The notes beneath the pieces were generated by a model. The model searched no databases. It was not told where the DNA came from and was given only the letters and a program-made list of their open reading frames with translations. Source: an uncultured Clostridia bacterium (GTDB lineage: Bacteria > Bacillota > Clostridia > TANB77 > CAG-508). From it: a stretch of DNA of 64,000 nucleotides. The translations under genes and the position numbers were made by a program. Shown here piece after piece: positions 1 to 9,358 of the stretch. The stretch lies in the NCBI GenBank assembly GCA_947628835.1, contig CANRBL010000005.1, forward strand, positions 33 to 64,032. The letters are read 5' to 3'. Numbering within the stretch: the first letter of the stretch is position 1; the number at the start of each line of letters is the position of its first letter.

Positions 1-143
1 TAATAAATTTAATTTTTTAATGTAATTTTAATGTAACTACTGGAAGATTATATAAAAATACAAAAAATTACAATAAATTTCAACGAAAAACAAAAAGTGA
101 ATTTTAATGTAAAATGCAGACAGCTCTAAGAAAATAAAAAAAT

Positions 144-177
144 GACAAAATTTTAACTTAATGTTAGAAATTTTGTC
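144..177 (-). terminator. Stem-loop downstream of tRNA-Cys, bidirectional in form
   Basis: Inverted repeat gacaaaattt/aaattttgtc flanked by an A-run and a T-run. A near-identical copy lies at 940-972. Confidence 0.6.
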
Positions 178-190
178 GTTTTTTGTCGTT

Positions 191-264
191 TGGAGGCGAC
201 ACCCAGATTTGAACTGGGGATCAGAGTTTTGCAGACTCGTGCCTTACCACTTGGCTATGTCGCC
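191..264 (-). tRNA. tRNA-Cys (anticodon GCA)
   Basis: The reverse complement folds as a 74-nt cloverleaf. Acceptor GGCGACA/TGTCGCC, anticodon loop CTGCAAA, canonical T-arm CCCAG-TTCAAAT-CTGGG, discriminator U, encoded CCA. Confidence 0.9.
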
Positions 265-397
265 GTTTTAAGAATAAATAAGAAAGCTTTAATATTTTTA
301 ATGTTTATTAAATTATATTCACAAAAAGTAAAAAGTGATACTAAATTATAATAAAAATATAATTTTTATGCATATATTATCTTATGGAGGAAAAATA

Positions 398-869
398 ATG
401 AAAGAATACAAAAGGGAAGAAGTAAAAGAATATGCAAAAAAATGGGCATATAAAAGAAATCCGCAATATTATAATTATGATTTAATAGGAGGAGATTGTA
501 CAAATTTTGTATCGCAATGTATATATGCAGGCAGTGAAGTAATGAACTATAACAAGACAAATGGTTGGTATTATAATAATGCTAATGATAAATCACCTTC
601 ATGGACAGGAGTTGAATTTTTATATAATTTTTTAGTTAAAAATAAAGGAAAAGGACCAATACGGAGAACTTTCAAATAGAATTGAAATTGGTGATATTGT
701 CCAATTATCATTTGATGGGATAAAATTTACGCATTCTTTAATAGTAGTAAAATTAGAAAGGGAAAAGATTTTTACAGCTTCTCATACTTTTGACTCATAT
801 GAAAGACCAATAAATACATATATGTATAATAAGATAAGATTTATACATATCCTTGGTGTCCAAATATGA
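398..869 (+). CDS. Putative amidase-domain (Amidase_6-like) protein, interrupted and needing a +1 shift at CGG 662-664
   Basis: RBS ggagg precedes ATG 398. N-terminal half 398-679 reads KWAYKRNPQYYNYDLIGGDCTNFVSQCIYAG. C-terminal half in the +1 frame, 663-869, reads GELSNRIEIGDIVQLSFDG...FIHILGVQI. The two halves together form one domain. Confidence 0.7.
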
Positions 870-939
870 TAATCAGTAGATTATAGAATAAATGATGAAA
901 ATATATAAATTGCAGACAGCTATAAGAGAATAAAAAAAT

Positions 940-972
940 GACAAAATTTTAACTTAATGTTAGAAATTTGTC
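940..972 (-). terminator. Stem-loop downstream of the second tRNA-Cys
   Basis: Copy of the 144-177 hairpin within a roughly 85-bp duplicated block (113-200 and 910-995). Confidence 0.55.
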
Positions 973-985
973 ATTTTTTTTCGTT

Positions 986-1059
986 TGGAGGCGAGTGAGG
1001 GAGTCGGACCCTCCATCAGAGTTTTGCAGACTCGTGCCTTACCGCTTGGCTAACTCGCC
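986..1059 (-). tRNA. tRNA-Cys (anticodon GCA), paralog with a non-canonical T-loop
   Basis: 74-nt cloverleaf. Acceptor GGCGAGT/ACTCGCC, anticodon loop CTGCAAA, T-arm GAGGG-TCCGACT-CCCTC (C at the position normally U55), discriminator U, CCA. Confidence 0.8.
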
Positions 1060-1083
1060 AAATACTATATATTTTTTTAAAGT

Positions 1084-1157
1084 TGGAGCAGGTAACGGGA
1101 ATCGGACCCGTAACTTAACCTTGGCAAGGTTATGTTTTACCACTAAACTATACCTGC
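1084..1157 (-). tRNA. tRNA-Gly (anticodon GCC) with a non-canonical T-loop
   Basis: 74-nt cloverleaf. Acceptor GCAGGTA/TACCTGC, anticodon loop TTGCCAA, T-arm ACGGG-TCCGATT-CCCGT, discriminator U, CCA. Confidence 0.85.
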
Positions 1158-1260
1158 AAATATTAAAATTTACCACATCAAAACAACTTATGTAAGCCTT
1201 ATAATAATAACAAAATTAATAGTCAATGTCAATAGAAAATAAAAATAAAAATTTTTTTTA

Positions 1261-1515
1261 GTTACTATATAATGGTTTCTGTGCAATATACTCTAAAAAG
1301 CATTGAAATATAAGATTTTCATTACATTCCTCGGCTCATTACAAAGTTTAAGAAATTCTAACTTATTTTATGGCACCCTTTCACTCAACGCGAACTATTT
1401 CCATAAAATTGCGTAGAATTTCTAAAGCTTTTCCAATCACATTCGTCATTCCATTCAAATTCTTATATTTCAATGCTTTTAGAAATTTATCATTTTAAAA
1501 CCATTAACCTGTAAC
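1261..1515 (+). mobile_element. MITE-like palindromic repeat, copy A (variant left end)
   Basis: The core and right end are near-identical to the copies at 9014, 16689 and 62575. The right TIR reads aaaaccattaacctgtaac. The left end is of the variant type shared with 40249. Confidence 0.8.
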
Positions 1516-1551
1516 ATTTGTTAAACTATATAAGGTTACAATCAGCCTATC

Positions 1552-2814
1552 TTAAAAATTTTCTAAGTACATTATATAATTTGTAAATAAATCTGAAAAA
1601 TAGAAATAAATATCCTTTTTTTCGATAGTATCAGTATTATAAATATTTAAAGTAAAAATAACATTATTATTAATAATAAAATCCAAAGTACCTATTATGG
1701 AATCTTTATAAAGAGGAGCAGAAAAAGTATAATCAGTATTTATATTAATAGAAATGTCATCTTTATAAATGGAATTGACAGGAAATTTATTATAAGGAAT
1801 ATCGGATAATTGTACATTAACGGTATTAGACTTACCTTTTATAATTTGAAATTTATATTGATTACTATTTTTCCAATTTTCAAATTCATTTTTTATAATA
1901 TTTTCAATATCAATCATTTCAAAATTACTAAAAACATATTCTATTAAATTTATACTATCCCTTGTTCTATCTTTTTTCGTATCAGCACCAAGAACAACGC
2001 AAATAATATCCAGATTATTCCTTTTAGTAGCAGTCACAAGACATCTATTAGCACCATTTGTAAACCCAGTTTTCACGCCATAAACGCCATTTAAATATCC
2101 AAGAAGCTCATTTGTATTATTTAAAGACTTATAGTTACCATTAATACAAACAGAATAATTTTTTGTTGAAACAATTTTAGCAAAAATAGCATTATTTAAG
2201 GCATAGTTTGATAACAGAGCCAATTCATAAGCAGTAGTATAATGATTATCATTATCGAGACCATGAGGAGTAACAAAATGAGTATTATTTAAGCAAAGAT
2301 TTTCAGCCTTTTTATTCATCAATTCTGCAAATCCATTCAAATCATTACCAGCATATTCAGCCAAAGCCACAGCAGCGTCATTGCCAGAACATAACAATAA
2401 ACCATAAAGTAAATCATTTACAGTTATTTTGTCACCAGTGTGTAAACCTAGTCTTGAACCACCTGTACCTGCAGCTTTTTTTGAAATTTCTACTACATCT
2501 GTCAAGTTACAATTTTCCAAAATAATTATTGCTGTCATTATTTTTGTAGTAGAAGCCATCTTTCTTTTAGTATTTTCATTTTTCCCATATAAAATTGTAT
2601 TTGTATTTCTATCTATAACAACACATGCACGAGAATTTAATTGAGGAATTTTAGAATTACTTTGTAAATTAGTAGAACTAGCAAGAATTTCAGCAGATAC
2701 ATCAACTACTTCTTCATTATCTAAATCATCAGCAAAAGATATGACAGTAAAATTCATAATCATAATAAAAACTATTAGTAATATATATAATTTTCTTTTC
2801 ACAATAAAACTCAT
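1552..2814 (-). CDS. D-alanyl-D-alanine carboxypeptidase (serine-type, PBP5 family)
   Basis: 420-aa ORF with an N-terminal signal/TM. Motifs SxxK (ASTTKIMT), SxN (SGND) and KTG (KTGFT). Confidence 0.9.
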   Translation of the reverse strand: MSFIVKRKLYILLIVFIMIMNFTVISFADDLDNEEVVDVSAEILASSTNLQSNSKIPQLNSRACVVIDRNTNTILYGKNENTKRKMASTTKIMTAIIILENCNLTDVVEISKKAAGTGGSRLGLHTGDKITVNDLLYGLLLCSGNDAAVALAEYAGNDLNGFAELMNKKAENLCLNNTHFVTPHGLDNDNHYTTAYELALLSNYALNNAIFAKIVSTKNYSVCINGNYKSLNNTNELLGYLNGVYGVKTGFTNGANRCLVTATKRNNLDIICVVLGADTKKDRTRDSINLIEYVFSNFEMIDIENIIKNEFENWKNSNQYKFQIIKGKSNTVNVQLSDIPYNKFPVNSIYKDDISININTDYTFSAPLYKDSIIGTLDFIINNNVIFTLNIYNTDTIEKKDIYFYFSDLFTNYIMYLENF

Positions 2815-2945
2815 TCCTTTCTTGCTTTACTCAAAGGCACACATAAAAAAAGAAAGAATACTTTCTTTAAAACTGTACCTCTAATAAATAATATAAAAAA
2901 ATATAATTTTTATGAAAGAATATATAAATTATTTTTATAAACTAC

Positions 2946-2974
2946 TTGAATTTTTATATATAAAATTATATAAT
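2946..2974 (+). promoter_or_regulatory. Sigma-A-type promoter of the SRP RNA
   Basis: TTGAAT (2946-2951), 17-nt spacer, TATAAT (2969-2974), about 7 nt upstream of the RNA 5' stem. Confidence 0.6.
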
Positions 2975-2980
2975 AGCAGA

Positions 2981-3116
2981 GGTATGAGTTATAACCTTTG
3001 TATGGAGAGCAAATCCAATAAAAGCCTATGAACCTTGTCAGGTCCGGAAGGAAGCAGCAATAAGTAGTGTTATTTTATGTGGAATTTGTTTTCCATAGAA
3101 AGATTATGCTCACACC
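2981..3116 (+). ncRNA. ffs: Signal recognition particle RNA (small cytoplasmic / 4.5S-type)
   Basis: Conserved domain IV motif gtcaggtccggaaggaagcagc. The terminal stem pairs ggtatgag with ctcacacc. It lies immediately upstream of dnaX, as in other Firmicutes. Ends are approximate. Confidence 0.7.
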
Positions 3117-3169
3117 ATTTTTAATACTCGAGAAAAGTCATCTATTAAGAAGATAGACTTTAAAGATTT

Positions 3170-4762
3170 GTGTTCATAATAAAGGATGTGAAAAAATTGG
3201 GGTACACAGCACTTTATAGAAAATTCAGACCATTAAAATTTAGTGAAATGGTAGGTCAAGAACATATTACAACGACTTTAAGAAATCAAATTATGGCAAA
3301 CAGGGTAGGACATGCATATTTATTTAATGGAGGAAGAGGAACAGGAAAAACATCAGCTGCTAAAATTTTAGCAAGAGCAATAAATTGTCAAAATCCACAG
3401 AATGGAGAGCCATGTAATGAATGCGAAATATGTAAAGGGGCGCTAAATGGTTCTTTAACTGATATAGTAGAAATGGATGCAGCATCAAATAACAGTGTAG
3501 AAGATATTAGAAGTATTAGAGAAGAAGTAAATTTTTTACCAACGAAAGCAAAATACAGAGTATATATAATAGATGAAGTACATATGTTGTCACAAGGAGC
3601 TTTTAATGCATTACTAAAAACATTAGAAGAGCCACCCGAGCACGTAAAATTTATATTAGCAACAACAGAACCACAAAAATTACTAGCAACAATCTTATCA
3701 AGATGTCAAAGGTTTGATTTTAAAAGAATATCAAATGAAGACATAATAAAAAGGCTGGAAATAGTATGTAATGAAAGTAATATAGAGATTACAAAAGAAG
3801 CACTAAATATAATAGCAGTATTATCAGAAGGAGCAATGAGAGATGCTTTATCTATTTTAGAAAGATGTATTCAAGATGGAGAAAATAAAATAGATGAGGA
3901 AAAAATCAAAGACTTAGTAGGAATACCTAAAATAACACATATAAATAACATAGTATCAGCTATAATTAATTATGATGTAGAAAATGCATTAAAAAATGTT
4001 AATATAGTTTTAGATGAAGGAAAAGATTTAAATAATTTAGTATGGGAAATAATAAAATATGTAAAAGATATATTAGTATATAAAACCACGAAAAAATTAG
4101 AAATATATAGTGAAGACGAAATAAAAAACATTGAAACTCTAGCAGAAAAAATATCAAGAGAAAGAGCAATAAGTTTAATATATGAGTTATCTGAATTAGA
4201 AAGTAATATAAAACTTTCAACTCAAAAATTAATAATGTTACAAGTAGGAATTATTAAATTATGTAATAATGTAACTACAAATACTGATGCAAGTCTTAAT
4301 GAAAGAGTAGAAAAAATAGAAACTTACATAAGGTCAGGGAATTTAAATATATCTAATAAAAGAGAAAATGAACAAAAAAAAACGAATAATGTAAATAAAC
4401 AGGTAAAAACAAAACCAATATATAGTGGAAAAACACAAGAATACTGGCCACAAATTGTAAAAGACTTAAAAGATAAAGGAAAAATAGTATTATATACTAA
4501 TTTAATAAATACAAATGCAGTAGAAATAAATGATATGACAATTGGTATTGAATTTCCGAATGGATTAACGCCATTTGGAAAAACGGTATTAGAAAAAAGA
4601 GAAAATATAAAAGAAATAGAAAACTTAGTTTCAATAGCGTGTGGAAAAGAAATGCAAATAAAAATTATAAACAATAATTCACAAAATGTGGAAAACGCAA
4701 ATCAAAAAAATGATTTAGAACAATTTGCAAATGATTTCGATATACCATTTGATATGACATAA
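3170..4762 (+). CDS. dnaX: DNA polymerase III subunit gamma/tau
   Basis: AAA+ Walker A GGRGTGKTS, Zn-module CNECEIC, Walker B IIDEVHML, sensor SRCQRF. The likely true start is GTG 3188, after RBS aaagga. Confidence 0.95.
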   Translation: MFIIKDVKKLGYTALYRKFRPLKFSEMVGQEHITTTLRNQIMANRVGHAYLFNGGRGTGKTSAAKILARAINCQNPQNGEPCNECEICKGALNGSLTDIVEMDAASNNSVEDIRSIREEVNFLPTKAKYRVYIIDEVHMLSQGAFNALLKTLEEPPEHVKFILATTEPQKLLATILSRCQRFDFKRISNEDIIKRLEIVCNESNIEITKEALNIIAVLSEGAMRDALSILERCIQDGENKIDEEKIKDLVGIPKITHINNIVSAIINYDVENALKNVNIVLDEGKDLNNLVWEIIKYVKDILVYKTTKKLEIYSEDEIKNIETLAEKISRERAISLIYELSELESNIKLSTQKLIMLQVGIIKLCNNVTTNTDASLNERVEKIETYIRSGNLNISNKRENEQKKTNNVNKQVKTKPIYSGKTQEYWPQIVKDLKDKGKIVLYTNLINTNAVEINDMTIGIEFPNGLTPFGKTVLEKRENIKEIENLVSIACGKEMQIKIINNNSQNVENANQKNDLEQFANDFDIPFDMT

Positions 4763-4838
4763 ATAAATTTATTAATTAGAAAAATATACAAATGGTGTTA
4801 ATTTGTAATAAAAAGTAAATTTAGAAAGGATGATAAAA

Positions 4839-5183
4839 ATGTCAAAAAGAGGTGGATTCCCAGGAGGAATGGGAGGATTTGGAGGAATGAACATTAACAA
4901 CTTAATGAAGGAAGCAAAAAAAATGCAAGCAGATTTAGAAAAGTCACAAGCAGAACTTGCAACAAAGGAATTTGATGCAACAGCTGGTGGAGGAGCAATT
5001 AGTGTTAAAGTATCAGGAGAAAAAGTTTTAAAAGAAATAAAAATAAATAAAGAAGTAGTTGATCCTGATGATGTTGAAATGCTAGAAGATTTAATTATAA
5101 CTTGTGTTAATGAAGCATTACGAAAAGTAGACAGTGCACAAGCGGCACAAATGGGAAAATATAATATACCAGGTTTAATGTAA
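4839..5183 (+). CDS. ybaB: Nucleoid-associated protein YbaB/EbfC
   Basis: About 114 aa with a Gly-rich N-terminus and a YbaB-like core. Sits in the conserved dnaX-ybaB-recR order. RBS aaagga precedes ATG 4839. Confidence 0.9.
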   Translation: MSKRGGFPGGMGGFGGMNINNLMKEAKKMQADLEKSQAELATKEFDATAGGGAISVKVSGEKVLKEIKINKEVVDPDDVEMLEDLIITCVNEALRKVDSAQAAQMGKYNIPGLM

Positions 5184-5262
5184 TAAATATAATCAAAATA
5201 ATAATTTTTATACGGAAAAACTTGTAAAACCTAAAAGATATAATAAATAAGGAGAGTTTTTA

Positions 5263-5865
5263 ATGTCATATTATTCACCATCAATAGAAAAATTAATAGA
5301 AAGTTTTGAAAGGTTGCCAAGTATAGGACATAAAACAGCAGCAAGACTTGCATTTTATATTTTAAATAGTACAGAAGAAGAAACAAATGCATTTGTTTCT
5401 TCAATTTTAAATGCAAAGAAGAATTTAAAGTATTGTAGTAAATGTTATAATATTTCAGATACAAACCCTTGCAATATATGTTCAAATGTAAAAAGAAGTC
5501 AAGAGATAATTTGCGTAGTAGAAGATGTTAGAGATATAATTGCAATGGAAAGAACAAACGAATTTAAAGGGGTATATCATGTGTTACATGGTTCTATATC
5601 TCCAATGAATGGTATCGGTCCAGATGATATAAAAATAAAAGAATTATTAGCTAGATTGATGGACGGAACAGTTAAGGAAGTAATATTAGCTACTAATCCA
5701 AGAGTAGAAGGGGAAGCAACAGCAATGTATTTATCTAAATTGATAAAACCATTGGGAATTAAAGTTACTAGAATTGCACACGGTATTCCAGTAGGAGGGG
5801 ACTTAGAATATACAGATGAAATAACTCTAGCAAAAGCATTAGAAGGAAGACGAGAACTTTCCTAA
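5263..5865 (+). CDS. recR: Recombination protein RecR
   Basis: HhH N-terminus ([14 protein letters not shown]), C4 zinc finger (CSKC...CNIC) and a Toprim domain. Confidence 0.95.
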   Translation: MSYYSPSIEKLIESFERLPSIGHKTAARLAFYILNSTEEETNAFVSSILNAKKNLKYCSKCYNISDTNPCNICSNVKRSQEIICVVEDVRDIIAMERTNEFKGVYHVLHGSISPMNGIGPDDIKIKELLARLMDGTVKEVILATNPRVEGEATAMYLSKLIKPLGIKVTRIAHGIPVGGDLEYTDEITLAKALEGRRELS

Positions 5866-5938
5866 TATAGAAAAAAGCGGACATTATTAACATTTTCTCT
5901 ATTTAGAACACTTGTATATAAAAAACATTAACTTGTAG

Positions 5939-7075
5939 CTAATTACAAGTTAATGTTTTTAATAAAATATCACAAATTGTTTTAGTAGAATTTTTTTTAC
6001 CAAAAGCAATAGCATTATTTTTCATTTCAGTTAATTTATTACTATTATAAATTAGATCGGAAAGAGTAGTAAAAATTTCATTTTCTGATTTTATCCATAG
6101 TGCAACATTTTTACTTTCTAAAAATTCAGCGTTTTCTTCTTCTTGACCTGGAATAGGATTAATAATTATAATAGGTAGGTTAGAAGCCAAACTCTCTGAT
6201 GTTGTAAGACCACCGGGTTTAGTAATTACAACATCAGATATACTCATAAATTCTGCAACTTTATCAGTAAATTTAAAAATTCTTACAGTATCTTGTTTAT
6301 TATTTTCTATAACTATTTTATTAAAAGCTAAATTCATTTTATCATTTTTCCCTGAAATAGCAATAATTTGAACATTGTCAAAGTTCTTAATTAAGCATTC
6401 AAAAACAGCTAAAGTTTTAGATTTTCCTAAACCAAATTCACCACCAGCAAAGAATAAAATGGTTAGCGTATTTGGTAAAAAGTTAAGTGAATGTAATATG
6501 CTATTTTTATCAAAATTTTGTAAAAATTTATTAGATATTGGAATACCTGTACTATATATTTTTTGTTCTTCAACACCTTTTTTTCTTAATTCTGATTTCA
6601 TATAATCGTGAGCTACAAAATAATAATCTGTAGATTCATGTCCAACTAACCACTGGTCATGAGATTGGTAATCAGTCATTATTGTGGCAATTATACAAGA
6701 AATTTTTCCTTTGCGTTTTAGATAACTACACATTTGAGTAGAAAAAGGATGTGTAGAAATAATTAAATCAGGCTTTTTTTGACGTAATAATTTTAATAAT
6801 TTTATTGCCATAATAGTATTAATTTTTGAAGATATATGAGCAATTGGTCCTTTTTGCGAATTAGAATATATGTATCCCCATGCCCAAGGTGCTTTTTTTG
6901 CCATTTCCTTGTATGCTGTAGTAGTTATTTTTTCAATAGGTTTATTTACATATTTCATACAATCAACTAGTTCAGTTTCAACATTTTTGTAATTATTATC
7001 AATATATTCTTTAACTGATTTAGCAGCGGATAAGTGACCACCACCATAGGAAGCATAGAATATCATTACATTCAT
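5939..7075 (-). CDS. Glycosyltransferase, MGDG-synthase/UgtP-like (GT28)
   Basis: 378 aa. N-terminal YASYGGGH motif and a C-terminal GT-B nucleotide-sugar binding region (KPGGLTTSE). Confidence 0.8.
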   Translation of the reverse strand: MNVMIFYASYGGGHLSAAKSVKEYIDNNYKNVETELVDCMKYVNKPIEKITTTAYKEMAKKAPWAWGYIYSNSQKGPIAHISSKINTIMAIKLLKLLRQKKPDLIISTHPFSTQMCSYLKRKGKISCIIATIMTDYQSHDQWLVGHESTDYYFVAHDYMKSELRKKGVEEQKIYSTGIPISNKFLQNFDKNSILHSLNFLPNTLTILFFAGGEFGLGKSKTLAVFECLIKNFDNVQIIAISGKNDKMNLAFNKIVIENNKQDTVRIFKFTDKVAEFMSISDVVITKPGGLTTSESLASNLPIIIINPIPGQEEENAEFLESKNVALWIKSENEIFTTLSDLIYNSNKLTEMKNNAIAFGKKNSTKTICDILLKTLTCN

Positions 7076-7219
7076 ATGTTTTTCTCCTTTAAAATTAATT
7101 TATAATATTTTAATTTTATCATAAATTTGTAAAATTTAGAATATTTTTTTGAAAAAAAGGCAAAATAAGGTTAAAAGTTAAGCTAAGAATAATAAAAAAT
7201 ATATAGGAGAGGTTTTTAT

Positions 7220-8575
7220 ATGAATGATAAAAAAAGAAAAAATATAGTCACAGGAATAATTGCTATTTTATTAATTTTAAGTATTGTATTAGCAATTATG
7301 TTATATCAGAGCAAAAAAACATATAAAACATCAAGTATGAACGAATACAATATGGCGTTTTGTGAATTAGTAGACTATATGGAAAACGTTGAAAATTATC
7401 TAGCAAAATCTTTAATATCAACATCTTCAACACAGGGAGCAGAAACACTAACACACGTATGGAGGGAAGCAAATTTAGCACAGACATATTTATCAATGTT
7501 ACCAATAGAAACGCAAGAATTAGAAAACACGCAAAAGTTTTTAAATCAAGTTAGTGATTATAGTTATTCACTATCAAGAAAAAACATAAATAATCAAGAT
7601 TTAACAGAAGACGATTTAAATCATTTGCAAGAATTACATCAATATAGTGTAGAACTATCAAATACAATAAATCAATTATCAGAAGATATAAACAGTGGTA
7701 GAATAAGCTGGAAAGAACTTACCAAAAAGAACAATTTAGCATTTGCACAGCAAGTTAGTAACATTTCAAAAGATAGCTTTAGTAATTTAGAAGAAAATTT
7801 TCACGAATATTCAGGTTTAATATATGATGGAGCATATTCAGACCATATAACAAGTCAAGAAAAAAAAGGATTGACAGGTGAAGATATAGATGAAGAACAG
7901 GCAAAGAGTATAGTAGAAGAATTTATAGGAAAAGATAATATAAAAGAAGTTTCAAGTTTTGGATATTCGGAAGGAGCAGATATTCCAGTATATAATTTTT
8001 CAGTAAAAACGAATCAAGATGAAAATGTAAGTATCGCCATATCAAAAAAAGGTGGACATATTGTTGATATGAACTCAGATAGAATAGTGGAAACTGAAAT
8101 AATTTCACAAGAAGAAGCAAATGAAATAGGCAAAAAGTTTTTAACAGAAAAGGGATTTCCTAATATGAAAGAAACTTACTATCTAAAACAAGAAGGAATC
8201 GTTACTGTGAATTATGCATATGAACAAAATGGAGTAATAATGTATCCAGATTTAGTAAAGGTTAAAATTGCATTAGATAATGGTCAAATATTAGGATTAG
8301 AAAGTACAGGATATTTAAATTCACATTGCGAAAGAGATACATCAAATGTACAGATAACAATAGATCAAGCAAAAGAAAAATTAAATAAAAAATTAGATAT
8401 TGCAAGTCAAGGATTGGCTGTAATTCCTACAGAATGGAAAAGTGAAATACTTTGTTATGAATTTAAAGGAAAAGTAGATGAAAGCGAATTTTTAGTATAT
8501 ATTAATGCACAAACAGGTAATGAAGAAGATATATTAATTATAACAAATACACCTAATGGAACATTGGCAATGTAA
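7220..8575 (+). CDS. ypeB: Germination protein YpeB
   Basis: 451 aa with an N-terminal TM, a YpeB-type N-domain and C-terminal PepSY-like repeats. Confidence 0.8.
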   Translation: MNDKKRKNIVTGIIAILLILSIVLAIMLYQSKKTYKTSSMNEYNMAFCELVDYMENVENYLAKSLISTSSTQGAETLTHVWREANLAQTYLSMLPIETQELENTQKFLNQVSDYSYSLSRKNINNQDLTEDDLNHLQELHQYSVELSNTINQLSEDINSGRISWKELTKKNNLAFAQQVSNISKDSFSNLEENFHEYSGLIYDGAYSDHITSQEKKGLTGEDIDEEQAKSIVEEFIGKDNIKEVSSFGYSEGADIPVYNFSVKTNQDENVSIAISKKGGHIVDMNSDRIVETEIISQEEANEIGKKFLTEKGFPNMKETYYLKQEGIVTVNYAYEQNGVIMYPDLVKVKIALDNGQILGLESTGYLNSHCERDTSNVQITIDQAKEKLNKKLDIASQGLAVIPTEWKSEILCYEFKGKVDESEFLVYINAQTGNEEDILIITNTPNGTLAM

Positions 8576-8776
8576 TTAAAAATAAGTATAATTTTTTTCA
8601 AATAAAATTAAACATATTTGTGACTAAGGACTGAAATTGAAAATGGAAAAAATTGATTTAATAAAATAATGTTTTTTGACAATAATAAGGTTAAGAAAGC
8701 AATAGCTTTCTTAAATAAAAATCTTTATATAGTTAAATTCTATAAAGGTAAAATTTTCTTAAATAGGAGGGTATCA

Positions 8777-8950
8777 ATGTCTAGAAATAGTAAATTAATA
8801 TCTGAAAACCTTAGAGAAGAGATTGCTAAAGAATTAGGTGTATATGATCAAGTAAAAAAAGATGGTGGAAGCTGGGAAAATGTTTCTTCAAAAACGTGTG
8901 GAAATATAGTAAGCAAGGCAATAGAGATTGCAAATAGAGCTGTTGAGTAA
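8777..8950 (+). CDS. Small acid-soluble spore protein, alpha/beta type
   Basis: 57 aa following RBS aggagg. Contains the EIAKELGV motif and a conserved C-terminal helix region. The ORF-track start at 8669 is an upstream extension. Confidence 0.75.
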   Translation: MSRNSKLISENLREEIAKELGVYDQVKKDGGSWENVSSKTCGNIVSKAIEIANRAVE

Positions 8951-8958
8951 ATATAGTG

Positions 8959-9013
8959 AGCCTAAAATTTTCTTAAAATTTACATTTTACAGAAAATTCT
9001 AGGCTTGCTTTTT
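8959..9013 (+). terminator. Rho-independent terminator of the SASP gene
   Basis: 15-bp stem agcctaaaattttct/agaaaattctaggct followed by tgcttttt. Confidence 0.75.
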
Positions 9014-9268
9014 GTTACAGGTTAATGGTTTTAAAAGGATAAATTTCTAAAAGCATAGAAATATAAGATTTTCATTACATTCCTCGGCTCATTACAAAGC
9101 TTAAGAAATTCTAACTTATTTTATGGCACCCTTTCACTCAACGCGAACTATTTCCATAAAATTGCGTAGAATTTCTAAAGTTTTTCCAATCACATTCGTC
9201 ATTTCATTCAAATTCTTATATTTCAATGCTTTTAAAACTATTTTTACATAAAACCATTAACTTGTAAC
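9014..9268 (+). mobile_element. MITE-like palindromic repeat, copy B
   Basis: TIRs gttacaggttaatggtttta / taaaaccattaacttgtaac. The 8-bp direct duplication tgcttttt flanks both ends (9006-9013 and 9269-9276). Confidence 0.9.
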
Positions 9269-9358
9269 TGCTTTTTCGATAAATTTTTTTAAAAAGTTGC
9301 AATTATGTCAAATTTAACATATAATATAAAAAAATTTTAGATACCAAATGGAGGAAAT

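Noticed and set aside
968-1195. 75-aa plus-strand ORF
   Set aside because: It lies entirely over the antisense of tRNA-Cys and tRNA-Gly, has no RBS, and is a chance ORF.
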